Source of the DNA: Camelus ferus
Lineage: Eukaryota
Assembly: GCF_009834535.1 (NCBI RefSeq)
Contig: NC_045697.1
Span: forward strand, 120,468,001-120,532,000
Length of the DNA stretch: 64,000 bases
Direction: 5' to 3'
Part shown: positions 50,940 through 64,000 of the stretch, in pieces
How the letters are laid out: each line of letters begins with the position of its first letter
Numbering within the stretch: the stretch's first letter is position 1
Notes under the pieces: model-generated
The model's input: the letters and a program-made list of their open reading frames with translations, nothing else
Databases searched by the model: none
What the model was told of the DNA's origin: nothing
Program-made: the position numbers and the translations under genes

Positions 50940-53900
50940 CGGGGAATGGGGTTCTGGGAAGATAACAGAGTGGGAGGCACCAGGACCCTGTCTCTCCACC
51001 CAGACAACAGTTACACTGGCACAGTCTGTCTGATGTAACTGTTCTGGAACTCTGGAGTCTGTTGAAAGCTTACAACTTCCCGGGAAAGGCTTGGATGATA
51101 AATTATGGTTAATTTTGGTCAATTTCAGCTCTTAGCGCAGTATCAGCGACAACCCACCCCTGCCTAGCCCTGGGGCAGGCAGCAACCCATGTGTTCTAGG
51201 AGCAGTTTGTAGGAGTCAGGGTGGGCCAAAAGGACCTTGTCCTCCAAATACTGGGCATCTGTGCTCTGACTGCTGATTCCATGCAGACAAAGAGGCAGGT
51301 GGCCATTGTTGTTGTACCCCAACCCTAACTGTTACAAGCACGTCCTCCTCCAGCCAAAGTGACTCACATTTAAATGGCTGGCATCCTAACCCCCCTTTTA
51401 TTTTTCTCTTTTTTTCTCTTGTGGGAGCCAGACAGTAGAGACTAGGACATTCAAAAACAACTGTATAAATGGGAGAAATTGGAAAGTCACTATATACATA
51501 TATGCCTCGGGGAAGTTGTGGGCTCAGAAAAGACCTGAGATGACCTTAACTTCATGCCCCAGGCCGACCTTCAGCACACAGACAGCCTACAACAACAACA
51601 ACTAAAAAAATTATAAACAAAATTTAAAAATTTTAACAAATCCTGGGGAATGGGAAGAATCTGATTTCCAGAGTTACACATTATTAGATTCAAAAGTCCA
51701 ATTTTTTAGGGAACTATACTCAATATCTTGTAATAACCTTTAATGAAAAAGAGTATGACAGAAAATATATGTATGCATATGCATGACTGGGACATTGTGC
51801 TGTTCACCAGAAACTGACACATTGTAACTGACTGTACTTCAATAATAATAAAAAAGGCATTTAAAAAGTCCAATTTTCAACAAAATATCCCAAAGCATAC
51901 AGAGACAAGTATGACCTATTCAAAGGAAAAATAAAATCAACAGAGACTTTCCCTCAAAAGACTGGATGGCAGATCTACTAGACAAAGACTTTAAAATAGC
52001 TGTCTTCAGGATGCTCAAAGAGCTAAAGAAAGATGTGGAGAAAGTCAAGAAAACTATGGATGAGCAAAATGAAAATATCAGTAATGAAAAAACCTAAAAG
52101 GAAACCAAAAAGTAAATTCTGGAGCTGAAAAGTACAATAACTGAAATGAAAAATTCAGTGGAAGGATTCAAAGACAAATATGAACAGGCAGAAGAAAAGC
52201 ATTTGCAAATTAGAAGGACAATGGAAATGATCAAGTTTGAGGAACAGAAAGAAAAAAGTATTGAAGGAAAAGGAACAGAGCCTGAGGACCTGCTGAGTCC
52301 CATCAAGTGGCAGAACATACATACGGTGGGATTCCCAGAAGGAGAAGAGAGAGAAGGAGACAGGGAGATCATTTAAAGAAATAACGGCCAAAAACGTCTT
52401 AAATGTGATGAAATACAAGAAGCTCAACAAACTCTAATATAATGAATTCAAAGATACCAACCTTGGGACATATTATAGTCAAACTTTTGAAAGACAAAGA
52501 CAAAAAAAAAATCTTGAAGGTGGCAAGAGAGAAGTAACTTATCACATGCAAGGGCTCCTCAGTAAGATTATCAGCGGGGTTTTTCACCAGAAACTCTGGG
52601 GGCCAGAACGCAGTGGACTGATATATTCAAAGTATACAGAGAAAAAGCCTGTCAGCCGAGACTGCTATGTATCTGCAAAACTGTCCTTCAAAAGGGAGGG
52701 AGAAATTAAGACATTGCCAGGTAAACACAAGCTGAGGAAGCTCATCACCATAGACCTACCCTAAAAGAAATATGCAAGGGAGTCCTATAAGCTGAAATAA
52801 AAGGACACTTGACAGCAAACTGAAGCCACATGAAGAAATAAAGACCTCGGTAAAGATAAAGGCAGTTATAAAATCTGATATTATAGTAACAATACTTTGT
52901 AACTCCAATTTTTATTTTCTATATGATTTAAAAGATTAGTACTTTTAAAAAACAATTATTAGTTTAAAAACTAGCATGTTGAAAGATAAGTGAAAGGGTG
53001 GGGATGGAGCTAGCTGTAAAGGAGCTGAATTTTTTGTGTGTTATTGAAGTTAAGCTAATATAAATTCAAATTAATGTGTTAGAACTTTGGGATACGAATG
53101 CAATTCCACTAAAAATTATTAGAACTACTAAATGAATCACAAAATATGAGGATACATTGTTGTGCGACAAAAGTCAACACACAGAAATCGATCGCATTTC
53201 TATACACCAACAATGAACAGCTCAAAAAGGAAATTAAGAAAACAGCTTTGTTTACAATAGCATCAAAAAGAATAAAATACTTAAGAATGGATTTAACCAA
53301 GGTGGTGAAAGATTTCTGAAATGCTACTGAAAGAAATTTAATAAGACATACAAAATGGAAACACATCCCAGGTTCATGGATTGGAAGACAATGTTAAGAT
53401 ATGAGTAACTTAATACTTATTGTTAAGATGCCAATACAAAGTGATCTTCAGATTTAATGCAATCTCTGTTAAAGTCTCAATGAATTTTTTTTTGCAGAAA
53501 CAGAAAATCCCACCCTAAAATTAGTATGGAATCTCAAGGGATCCCAAATTGCCAAAACACTCTTAAAATGTAAGAACAAAGCTGGAAGATTCACACTTCC
53601 TAATTTCAAAACTCACTATAACTATAATAATTGAAACAATGTGGTATTGGCCTACAGAGAGAGACACTAACGAATGAAATAAAATAGAGAACCCAGTAAT
53701 AAACTCTTATTTATATGGTCAAATGATTTTTGACAAAGGTGCCAAGACAGTTGAATGGAGGAAGATGAGTCTTTTCAATCTATGGTGGTGAGAAAATTGG
53801 ATATCTACATGCAAAAATAGTTTGAAACTTACCTAACACTATACACAAAAATTAACTCAAAATGGATCAAAGACCTAAGTGTAAGATCTAAAACCATAAA

Positions 53901-55066
53901 ATTTTTAGAAGAAAATAGTGTAAAACCTTCACCACATTAGATTTGGCAATGACTTCTTGGCATTGACACCAAAGACACAGGCAACTAAGGGAAAAATAGA
54001 CAAACTGGGCTTGATAAAAAATTTTTTTAATGTGCATCGAAAGCTTCCATCAACAGAGTAAAAGGCAACCCACAGACTGGGAGAAAATACCTGTAAACCA
54101 GATTTCTGGTAAGGAATTAATATCCAGAATATATAGAGAAGTTCTAAAATTCAGCCACAGCAACAATTACAACAAAAAAAAACCCCAATTCAAAAATGGC
54201 AAAAGACTTGAATAGAAATTACTGCAAAAAAAGATATACAAATAGCCAATGGGCACATGCAAAGATGCTCAACATCACTACTCATCAGGAACTTTCACAT
54301 CAAAGTTACAATGAGATGCCAACTCACACCATTAAAGGCCATTATGAAAAAAAAAAAAAAAAGAAAACAAAAGAACAAGTGCTGGCAAGGATGTGGAGAA
54401 ATTGGAATGCTTGTGCACAGCTTTTAAAAGTTTTTTCTTATAGTTTCTGTAGAAAATAGTACAGCAGTAATTCAAAAAATTAGAAATAGAGTTACTATAT
54501 AATCCAGCAGTTTCACTTCTGGGTCTGTACCCTAAAGAGTTGAAGGCAAGATCTTGAAGATATATTTGTACACTGATGTTCATAGCAGCATTATTCATAA
54601 AAGCTAAAATGTAGAAGCTGTCTGAGTACATACTGATGGATGAACAGGTAGACAAAACATGGTACGCACCACAGGGGAATACTATTCAGCCTTACAGGGG
54701 AAGGGAATTCTGACATAGGTTACAGCATGGATGAACCCTGAGGACATTAAGTGAAACAGACTAAACACGAAAAGCCAAATGCCTTGTGATTCCACTTATA
54801 CCAGATCCTCAGAATAGTCAAAATCACAGGGTTAGGGAGGAAAGGAGAAGGGTTGTTGCCAGGGGCTGGAGGGCTAGAGGAATGGGGGTGTTAACGTTTA
54901 ATGGGTGTAGAGTTTCAGTTTCACAAGATGAAAGGTGTTCTGGAGGTGGATGGTGGTGATGGTAGCACAGCATAGTGTTTATTACCACTGAACTGTACAC
55001 CTAAAAATGGTTAAGGTTTTATGTTATGTTTTATGCTATGTGCATTTTACCACAATTTAAAAAAAA
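50940..55066 (+). mobile_element. Old LINE-1 (L1M/L1MB-like): 5'UTR, decayed ORF1, internally deleted ORF2, 3'UTR
   Basis: ORF1-like coiled-coil remnants at ~52000-52800 (MKNSVEGFKDKYEQAEEK; AKLSFKREGEIKTLPGKHKLRKL). ORF2 C-terminal part from ~53110 with many stops. L1MB-type 3' end ...TTTTACCACAATTTAAAAAAAA. Confidence 0.85.
51706..51863 (+). mobile_element. Younger 5'-truncated L1 3' end nested in the old L1
   Basis: AGGGAACTATACTCAATATCTTGTAATAACC...ACATTGTAACTGACTGTACTTCAATAATAATAAAAAA is a cetartiodactyl-type L1 tail. 14-bp target-site duplication AAAAGTCCAATTTT at 51692-51705 and 51864-51877. Confidence 0.85.
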
Positions 55067-55264
55067 TGGGGAAAAGATTGCAAGGAAGACCCCTGAATGA
55101 GGTCACAGTGCTGGGACTAACACCATGAGCTTGCTCTGCTGGTAGGTGTGCACTCTGACTCCTGGTATATACACGCGGCTCCCACAAAGCTCTGTCCTGA
55201 CCCTTCTCATCTCCTTGTGTTTTCTGCTCCAACAGGACAGCATCTGACCAAAACTGACATTCTC

Positions 55265-56105
55265 CAAAAATACAGACTATTTTTTGGATCAATTCTGGGT
55301 TCACAAAAAAATTGAGCAGAAAGCACAGAGGTCTCCCACCTACTCCTTGACCCCGCACATGCCTACCTCCTGTACGGTCGTTAGCCTGCCCCACAGCGTA
55401 CAGCTTACAACTGTTAGAACTGATGAACTGCACTGACACATTATCACCCAAAGCCTATGGTTTACATTAGGGTTCACTCTGGTGTTGTCCATTCTACGGG
55501 TTTGGACAAATCTGTAGTAACGTGTACCCACCGTGAGAAAATCACGCAGAGTAGTCTCCACTACCCTGAAAACCTCTGTGCTTTGCCTGTTTCATCCATC
55601 TTTCCATCCTAGGTTATCCTCCCTCCCTAACCCCTGGCAACCACTGATCCTTTTCTGTGTCCACAGTTCTGCCTTTTCCAGAATGTCATGTAGTTGGAAC
55701 CATGCAATGCACAGCCTTTTCAGACTAGCTTCTTTCACTTAGAAATTTGCATTTTCAGGTTCTTCCATGTCTTTTCAGGGCTTGTTAGCTTATTTCTTTG
55801 AAGCACTGAATAATAGCCCATTGTCTGGATGTACCACAGTTTATCCATTCACCTACTGAAGGATATTTTGTTGCTTTATACATCTTAGTAACTATGAATA
55901 AAGCTGCAGTAATCATCCATGTGCGGGATTTTGGGTGAACATAATTTTTCAGTTCCTTTGAGTAAATACCAAGGAACGCAACTGATGGATCACAGGGTGA
56001 GAGTATGTTTAGTTTTGCTAGAAACAGCCAAACTGCCTTCCAAAATAGTTGCACCATATTTTATTCCCGTCAGCAATGAATGAGAATCCCTGTTGCTCAC
56101 ACCTT
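55265..56105 (-). mobile_element. L1MC-like 3' end fragment
   Basis: TTTACATTAGGGTTCACTCTGGTGTTGTCC, CCCCTGGCAACCACTGATC and AAACTGCCTTCCAAAATAGTTGCACCAT. The minus-strand ORF (VQLFWKAVWLFLAKLNI) resembles the L1 ORF2 C-terminus. Confidence 0.8.
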
Positions 56106-56599
56106 CATTTTTGGCTCTTTCCATGCCTCCATTTCCTCTTTTTACTTACTTTTTTTTTTTTTTTTGAAACACACTCTCTGAAAATGTTTAGCATTTAATA
56201 TTTTGACCCAGGCTCTGTGTCCTCTGTGTCTGTATCATGCTGCTCACAAGTTAGCCAACGTCACTCCCCTCCAGGAACCCTCACCCTCTTCATTGTACAT
56301 CAGCAGCGGCGAGTTTTGTAGACTGAGGTTACTCAGAGACCAATAACTAAACAAAGGCACAGATCCAGAGAGATCGGTAGACCATTGAAACTGGTCTTTG
56401 ACCTTGAGCACATTTTCAAAGCTGGGTGAACCTGATCAACACTTTCTAAGATCAAACCTCTCTGAGGTACAGGGAACAAAGTTCAGGGTCTGCCAATGGC
56501 TCCGCCTAATAGGAGAGACACATAATTTGCAGCTTTAAAGGATTACATTGTCAGTGTCATGAGGGAATAGAAAAATCTCATCTCCTTTCAGGGGGCTAT

Positions 56600-57290
56600 A
56601 AAGAAAATTGTCTTTCATGAAGCACAGCACTTAGAAGAGGGGAAAAATACGTTCCCCTGAGATTTTTTTTTTTCACTATAGCTAGCCTGAATTCACATTA
56701 TGGCTGGACCAGAATATCTCAAGCTGAGAATTTATTTTAAAGTGATCTCAAGCTGGTAGTGCCCTGAGGTACTGGAAGAAGCAAATATAAATCTTCTCTG
56801 ATGGAACCTAGTTTTAGTTCTCAAAACAATTCCCACAGGTAACGTTCCAAGATATATGAGCTCACAGTCAGAACCCAAAATACACAAGGAAATATGGTGT
56901 CATATATGAGAGCCAGCAAATTAACCGACAGCTGACTCTGACATGCAAAGGCTTTGGAGTCTGGGAGCATGAAACAGACAACACATTACAAAGTTTTAAT
57001 GAAATAAGTGAAGAAATTAAATATACTAGTCAAGAAGAAAAGTCTATTAAAACCTATCCAGCGGATTCCAAGAGACCAAATTAAACTCCTAGAACAAAAA
57101 TGATACAATAATATAATAATTGAAATTAAAAAGTCAAGGAATAGGTTTAACAATACACTAGATTTGCTGATAAGAGAACAAATTTATATAGAATATAGCA
57201 AAGAAAGGAAAATGCAACAGAGAAGGGTAGAGACTTGGATGATTGACCGAGAAGGTTTAAAATCTACCTAATCAGAAAAGACAGGATGAG
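56600..57290 (+). mobile_element. Very old L1ME/HAL1-like 5'/ORF1 remnant
   Basis: A-rich sequence with GAAGCAAATATAAATCTTCTCTG, GAGCTCACAGTCAGAA...AATACACAAGGAAA and TTGAAATTAAAAAGTCAAGGAATAGGTTTAACA motifs. Confidence 0.4.
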
Positions 57291-57319
57291 GTATTCTAGA
57301 ATCTTTTTGTTAATTTCTA

Positions 57320-57554
57320 CCAAAATAAAAGCTTACTGAGATTTTTAATGGTATTGCATTAAAACTACACATCATATTGAGAAGAACTGGTGTTTTTGTG
57401 AATTCTTATCTTTATGAATGTGGTGTATCTATTCATATTTTATTTAAATCTTTTTTCACTGCAGTTGTTCATAGTTTTAGGTGTGTAGGTTTTATGGGTT
57501 ATTCTGTTGACTTTATTCCTGAGTATTTTAAGTCTTTAATGCTATTGTAAACAG
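57320..57554 (-). mobile_element. L1M ORF2 fragment
   Basis: GAGATTTTTAATGGTATTGCATTAAAACTA and TTTATTCCTGAGTATTTTA...TGCTATTGTAAA are antisense L1 ORF2 motifs. Confidence 0.6.
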
Positions 57555-57778
57555 TAGTGATTTTCAGCTTGTGGGTCGCCCACCTGAGGGGCATGGGGTC
57601 CGATTATATCATGAGCATGTCCCTCCTCCCATCCCGTTGAGGGTCCCTCCTTATGTTTCCAGTTGAAGAGGATCTTTTGTGCTAGGTTCTGGTCTTTTTT
57701 TTTTTTTTTTTTTTTTTTTCCCAATGGTTGTTTAGTAGTCAGTTTGGTTTTATTGTAGTCATGAGGAGAGGTGAGCTC
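57555..57778 (-). mobile_element. L1 5'UTR-like fragment containing a poly(T) run
   Basis: Minus strand GAGCTCACCTCTCCTCATGACTACAATAAAAC...GGTGGGCGACCCACAAGCTG resembles the start of cetartiodactyl L1 5'UTRs. Confidence 0.45.
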
Positions 57779-58044
57779 TTATCATGAACCATCATTCAGT
57801 TCTGTCAACTGTACCTTCTGAATCCACTGAGTTGGTAGTATGATGTGGTTAATCAGCTTCTCAGGGATTATTTTGTGAAATCAGCCAAGCAAAGAACACT
57901 AAGCAGTGGCTAACTCATCACTCCATCCAAACATCGGCTTCCAGCTCTGTTTCATTCCTTTTGTCTCTCCTGCTGCTGGTGAATGAATTGTTTCAGACTA
58001 TTCTCTTTCCTAGGGATCCTAGGCTAAAACCCCTTATGCTTATT

Positions 58045-59530
58045 GAAGACACTGAATCAATAGTGAAAAACATTCTACACAGAGAATGAAAGACCCAGAT
58101 GGCTTTACCGATGAGTTCCCTCAAACTGTTAAGCAGAAAATCATTTCAAGCAACACAGACTCCTCTGAAAAATAACAAAGGATGCCTCTGTCTCATTTTA
58201 TGAAGTTATCATAATCTTGATACCTAAACCAGAACATAAGAAAGAAAAAATTGATAGACAGTCTAACTCATAAACATAGATCAAAAATCTAAACAAAATG
58301 CTAGTAAAACAAATCCACCAATATAGAACAAGATACTAGAACTGACAGATTTGTATTTCTCTCTGGTATATAAGAGTAGATTAAATTTAGAAAGACATTT
58401 TTTGCTTTTCATCACATTTACAGATTTAAGGAGAAAAGTAAAATGTTTATACTAAAGAATGTAGAAAAAAGGGTAAACTTTATCAATTCGTGATAAACAT
58501 TCTTTGTAAAATAAAAATATACTTGAATATTCTATAAATGATACAAGAACAGTTACAAAGAAACCTAGGGCATATTTTTGTTATACTTAATATGTAGTAC
58601 ACAAAAACATTCTTTTCTAGACTAGGGTATCAGATGCCCCCACTTCTATGCAACATGGTCTTGGAGTCTGAGCCACACAAATAGCTCCAACAGAAGAAAT
58701 AAAAGGCAGGGGAGAGGAGAGGGTGAAATTGGCAGTTTTTGCAGGAGACGCAGTTTTAAACAGAACAATTCAAAAGCATCTCCAAATAATCATAAATAAC
58801 TAAAAAAGGCTTTGGAAAATTTATGGCTATAAAATCAATATATGACAATAAAATGCAAATTGATAGACTAACAAAAAATTCTAGTACACAATAGATAGAT
58901 CGATCTAGTATCAGGTGAGCAAGAGCTTTGTGAGGAAATTATAAAATTTTATGGAAATACACCTTAAATAGACCTAAATAAGTAGAGAAAAATACTTAAT
59001 ATTTAGGACTGAGAGGTAACAATGTTGAAGCTGATATCTAGATTTCATGTAAATTTGACCTCCGTTGCTTCATCTTCAAATATTTTGGGGCCATCATAAG
59101 TGTATTATGTGTTATTGTAAAAGGCAGAAAAGACAAACTGCAAATGTGAATACAACGTTTGCAGAACATATAATTGACATAGGCTTAATATAAAGAATAT
59201 ACACAGAATATTTAAAAATTAATGAAATACACAAACCTATCAGGAAAAATAGACAGAAATAGTTTAGGCGCCGGAAAGAAAACAAAATCACGTACGTTCA
59301 ATAGGTGTGTGAAAAGTTGTTCAACCTCCTTTTGTAATCAGACAATATAAGCAAGCTCCATAAGATAGTATTTTACTCCCATTTAGCAAAAACTAAATGT
59401 TTTAAAAATATGGAATCTTGGCAAGGATATCTTGCTAAGATTAGCATCCTGCAGGTGGACATTTAAATTGCCACAACAACTTCGCAAAATAATTTTTCCT
59501 TACCAATAAAATAGAAGGTATGTGCATTTT
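58045..59530 (+). mobile_element. Highly decayed L1ME ORF2 remnant
   Basis: GACCCAGATGGCTTTACCGATGAGTTC corresponds to the L1 ORF2 PGPDGFT-EF motif. Followed by ATCTTGATACCTAAACCAGA, AAATGCTAGTAAAACAAATCCACCAATATA and AGACCTAAATAAGTAGAGA. Confidence 0.65.
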
Positions 59531-59785
59531 ATGCAAGGTTACTCAACAGAGTGGTGAGCATGTGAGGTTTTTCCCATGTGTTCTTTGACATACAGACATA
59601 AATGTATTTAATGAACATTCTTTTGTATTTACTGATTTAATAGAAAAACAAGATAAAATCGCTCTTTTGAACTACACTGATCACTCAGATTTCTTCCTGA
59701 GGATACTATGGTTTAAAATGTTTTAATTTAACATTTCAGTATTTTAATGTTCAGGGAAATGCCTTTTCACTGAGTCTGCTAGTGT

Positions 59786-59816
59786 TTTGTGTTTTTTTTT
59801 TTTTTTTTTTTTTTTT
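59786..59816. repeat. Poly(T) tract
   Basis: About 25 consecutive T. Confidence 0.8.
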
Positions 59817-60336
59817 GCCTTCTCTGCTTTTAATCACCACAATTCTGTTTTCATGAAAGATTGTTAACTGTAGAAGAAGAGAGATGTTATAATAAATACC
59901 CCCAGAGACCTAGGGTTGGGGGACTAGGAAAGCCTAGATGGGCGTTCACCTTGAACTCTGGGATTCATTAGCTCATGTCTGTATCCTGTGGCTGGACCTG
60001 TAGACAGGGCGTGCTAAAGTGTTCTCACAGGGTGTCTGTGAGGCAGAAGTAACACTGTTTTCATACTAAGAAGACAAAGCATGACAAGGACAAGGAGTGA
60101 GCAAGACCTCACCTAGACTCGATCATGGTTATGGTACAGCCAGAGAAGACAATGCATTAGGATTGATGTCTGCTGGTTTGGGGGCTTGGAGCAATACCAC
60201 GCTTTCCAGGGACATTAGTGTTTATTGTGTCAATGCCCGGACTAACAGCAATAGCAGGAGAACCACAGACATCACTTAGGGGACCTGGAGTGGGCGAAAC
60301 AAGAGACGACTCCTAGGCATTTCAGAATAACTGGAT

Positions 60337-60755
60337 GTTTCAGTTAAGGCTCCTGGTTGCAAGAGACAGAAAACCCAAATGGACTGGATTGAGATACTGT
60401 TGCGCCTTTAAGAAGGTCCAACTTACCATCCCCTTTCTGCTGAGCCCTGTTCTCCTCCATGTCTGGTTTCATCCTGAGACTCCCTAGTGCTGTGACAGTT
60501 TCAGGTAGTTTTCACGAACATTCTCCCTGGTTCAAGCCCAGCAGGAAAGGAATCTTTCTGCTATTCGTATGAACCCAACAAAATCTCCACTCTGACTGGA
60601 TTAGGCCTGTGCCGTGGGCTTCATTCCCCGAGTCAGGGCTGGAACCCTTTCAGATCACTGGAACCAAGTATGGTTTATTGAAAAATAAAATCTATGCCCC
60701 TTTCTGGGAAAAAGAGAACAGAAAGTACAGAGGAAAACAACAAATACCTATAATA
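60337..60755 (-). mobile_element. Old MaLR LTR (MLT1K/L-like)
   Basis: TCAGTTAAGGCTCCTGGTTGCAAGAGACAGAAAACCCAA, CACTCTGACTGGATTAGGCCTGTGCC and AAAACAACAAATACCTATAATA. Confidence 0.45.
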
Positions 60756-60875
60756 TAGGATGATATTTGTAAGATTAGACATCCTGGATTTTCCAGATGA
60801 GATCATGTACCAGAGAACAAATGGGTCTTTACCGATAATGTGACTCTGCTAATAATATAAAGCCAATACAGAGGA

Positions 60876-61444
60876 TATAGGGGAGGAAAATGTGCCACCC
60901 CAAAATATGTCTCTGTGGCATGGTGGTTGTTTCAAGCTGAAAACAATCAAGGCCCAGAAGACTCAGGAAGAATCTATGACCTTCCCCCTAACTGCCTGAA
61001 AGAAAGTAGATGGAGGACTTGTTCCAGGAAGGGAGGTACCAGCATGAATCACTATAGTATGAACTAGGTGTGCAGACAGGTGGGAATCTAGGAACACCTG
61101 TTTGTTAACATTGTTCTCTGTGTCCCATGGTCTCTTCCTGGTCCAGCAAACATTTGTTTACCAAACATTTGCTTTTCCATCTCCATGGAAATTGCCATCT
61201 TTCCCTCTGAAGTCATAAACCATTACCCCCAACATCCTGTTTTGTTTTTAGCTGAAGGTGGTATTTAAGGTGTGGGTTTTGGCCACTTTGGAGAGGGTGG
61301 TCGGTTCTCCTGGGTATTGCCCGTGTACATATGTTATTAAATTTTGGTTTGACTTTCTCCTATCAATCCCTCCCATGTCAGTTTGACTCTTAGACCAGCC
61401 AGAAGAACCCAAAAGGGTAGAAGCAACTTTCTTCCTCCCCAACA
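60876..61444 (+). mobile_element. ERV1-class solo LTR (MER34/LTR39-like)
   Basis: Starts TATAGGGGAGGAAAATGTGCCACCCCAAAATATGTCTCT, contains GCTGAAGGTGGTATTTAAG (TATA region) and ATTAAA, and ends CTTCCTCCCCAACA. Confidence 0.7.
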
Positions 61445-61802
61445 GCGACAAGGTCTGGATTACTGATTGCTGGCTGCAATCCAGGGATAATCTTTCGAGA
61501 AAATCAAGCCAAGACTCTTTTGGTAAGATGCACTCCTATCACCAGGACCTTGCAAAAGCTCAACATCTAAAACTTCATGATTAGAATATTATTGCTTTGA
61601 TTTAAACCTACTGAAGACCTTGCTCCTGGATAAAATGTAAAATGTCATTTCACACTTAACACTAGAATAAGAATCTGTTTTTCAGAAGCATTGTGATTAG
61701 AGGGAGAAGGAGGGGGTAAGGAAGCAGAAAGGGAGAGCAAAGATCCCAAGGGTAAACTCTGCAAGTTGGCTTCCAGTCTCACCCTCCCCTTTATTGTTAG
61801 AC

Positions 61803-62012
61803 TAGTGGTTTCCAGCTGCAGGTGGTGGGGGGATTTGGCCAGGTCTGGAGAAGTTTTCGGTTTTCCCAGCTGAGTAGAGCTGTGATGGTGGTGCTACTGG
61901 GTATCTAGCAGGTGGAGGCCAGAGATGGTAAACATCCTATGATGCAAAAGAAGGCCCCTCACAACAGACACTGTCCCACCCACCCTGCCAGGTACGGAGA
62001 CTGAGAACCCTA
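61803..62012 (+). mobile_element. MER20 DNA transposon remnant
   Basis: ATTTGGCCAGGTCTGGAGA, GGTGCTACTGGGTATCTAGCAGGTGGAGGCCAGAGATG, AAACATCCTATGATGCA and TGAGAACCCTA follow the MER20 consensus order. Confidence 0.75.
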
Positions 62013-62909
62013 GGTTCAGACTTACAGCCAAACTGTAGGAAGGACAAATGACACTGACATTGCAGCTCTCTGCTGGCTGGCTGGGAGCAGGAAGTCATAT
62101 CTACAGCCAGTGAGGTTTCTGTCCCTCCTTCACACATGCTACTTCACAGGCTATTGCTCCCCGTGACGCAGATTTCCAGCATGTCGAGTCCCTGGGTCTT
62201 TTGCTTTTCTCTGTGCACTTAATTTCCAAACTTAACACCAACAGCGAACACAATGGTCTTGCTGTGTCTGACCCTATCATTTGGGGCAGATCATGCAGAA
62301 GGAAATAAAAAGTAAACCACAGAGCAAAGATCCAATTTTTTTTTTCTTGAAAGAAAAGGGGCTCAAGAGGTGAAACAATTGGTGTGGCTGGTGCAGGCAC
62401 CTTGGACCACTGAGCATCTGAAAAGGAAAAATCACCAAAATAATCGGCAAAGCAATGCTGTATCTCTATTATAACAAGTGAGCCGGTTGAGAATATAAAC
62501 CCTTGTGAGGTTAACATTGCATGAGTAAGCTCGGCGAAGTCCATGCTGAAGGATAAATTTCCTGGAGGACACAGAGCACCAGGTAAAGGTGTACATAGGC
62601 TGTCTTCCCAGGGAAGCAAGGGGTATCGCCACTGAATCCAAATTACTACGCCTTAGCCACTATCAGATATATACTGGTGGCAACCTTGCCCTTCCAATGA
62701 GCAAGGAGAGAGATTTTATTCTATTATGTGATCTGGCCTGGCCTATGTATGCCTGAATTGCCGGAGTAAATCTAGATCCTTTTAATTTTAAGGCTGCTTG
62801 TGACATTTCAAAGCAACTCAGAGACTACTTAACAGATATAACAACAAGGCGGTTACAGGTACTTTGACGTACAATTTATATTCAGACCATCACAAGAGAC
62901 CATAGACAA

Positions 62910-63025
62910 GAATGAGCACTGAGATACAGAGCAAAAAAAAAAAAAGAGCTTCCTCCAAAGTCATAGAGCTAATAAAGCTGGAGCCAGAATCCAACACTGT
63001 TTGTCTAATTTCCACCCCAGGGGTT
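62910..63025 (-). mobile_element. MIR SINE fragment
   Basis: ACTGAGATACAGAG...CCAAAGTCATAGAGCTAATAAAGCTGGAGCCAGAATCCAAC...TGTCTAATTCCA matches degenerate antisense MIR. Confidence 0.5.
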
Positions 63026-64000
63026 TTGTACCGCACCAATATACATTCTATTCTTGGAGAAGTAAGTGGTATAAAAGGAAGTCAAGTTAAAAAAAATTAA
63101 CAAGAAAAAAAAATATTTGGGGCCCTAATGCCAACTTTTATGTGTTCTGAGAATGACCGAGTGAAATTTGAATAAAATGTTTTATATTCAGGTGTCTAAT
63201 GTAAACTTACTGTTCGTATTCAAATCTCTAAGGTCAGTTTGTTTAGGATTCTGATATTGTGTGATATGTTTGAAGAAAAAAACCAGCAGAAACATTTCAA
63301 GTGGAAGAAAGCCAGAATGTGGAAAGGAAAAAAAAATGGAGTTGACTTTTCAATAGATTTTCAGTACCTTTCATCAGAGACCACAGGCCACAGAGGGAGG
63401 AAAGAGACTGCACATTTCTGTCATGGTGAAGACCTACACAGACCTGGGAATCACACTTAAGATGAAAACGGAACTTGATAATTATTGCAATATACTTTTT
63501 TTTCTTCAACTCAACTCTTCCTACATTCCAAATCTTTGTTAAATCAGAACAGTTTGCAAATTAAGTCTTGGGGGGAAGGTCATTGTGTAAACTGGCAAAA
63601 CACACACACTCACTGTCAGCATGTGTTCTGAACAAGAGATCACACATGTGCCAATGTCAGTCTCCACGCTTCTGCTCCTGGACTGAGAGGGTCTCGCTGT
63701 CTCTCTTGGATAACTGACCCCGTGCCTGCGTGTGAAGAGACTTGAGGCTAAGGCAGAACAAGGGACTTCACTCAACATTGCATTACTTTATGGATACCAC
63801 CAATGAACTGATGAATAAACCGCAGAGAAAGTGAACAAGCACTAGCAGTGTTGATTGGGCTTAAATCTAGCTTGTTGGTTTCTGATACCCTGCCCATTCC
63901 TGTCTCTGGTCCACAACAGTGATGTCACTTTTTGTATCCCAGGAATGCCAGTTTTCAGGAACGCTAAGGAGAATATTACCTAAGAAGACAAGTGCTTTTT

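Noticed and set aside
52094..54655. ORFs with L1 ORF1/ORF2 similarity as genes
   Set aside because: They are fragments of a dead LINE-1 with stops, frameshifts and a large deletion.
62101..62619. 172-aa minus-strand ORF with a possible internal splice acceptor (TTTCCTTTTCAG near 62418)
   Set aside because: It has a non-ATG start, no recognisable protein similarity and no supporting exon chain. A small exon cannot be excluded without RNA or homology data.

Overview
Mammalian, most likely camelid (camel/alpaca lineage, inferred from two Vic-1-type tRNA-derived SINEs), non-coding genomic DNA. Bases 1-42613 are an AT-rich tandem satellite with ~247-bp monomers arranged as a 13-monomer higher-order repeat (HOR, ~3.21 kb), with 12-monomer deletion variants (~2.96 kb). 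The array is forward at 1-14160 and reverse at 14261-42613, separated by a 100-N gap. After a second 100-N gap, 42714-64000 is ordinary intergenic or intronic DNA rich in old interspersed repeats (L1, MIR, MaLR and ERV1 LTRs, MER5/MER20, SINEs). No protein-coding or RNA gene is supportable; the recurring ORFs are by-products of the satellite. The most interesting signals are in the satellite: a hidden 6-monomer periodicity inside the 13-mer, two kinds of whole-monomer deletion, a candidate ~9.1-kb super-repeat, a CENP-B-box-like motif once per HOR, and contig ends that fall in identical repeat register, which points to the inversion and copy number being assembly artefacts. Repeat family names are from recognition of consensus-like motifs, not database searches. 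Monomer labels M1-M13 are mine.
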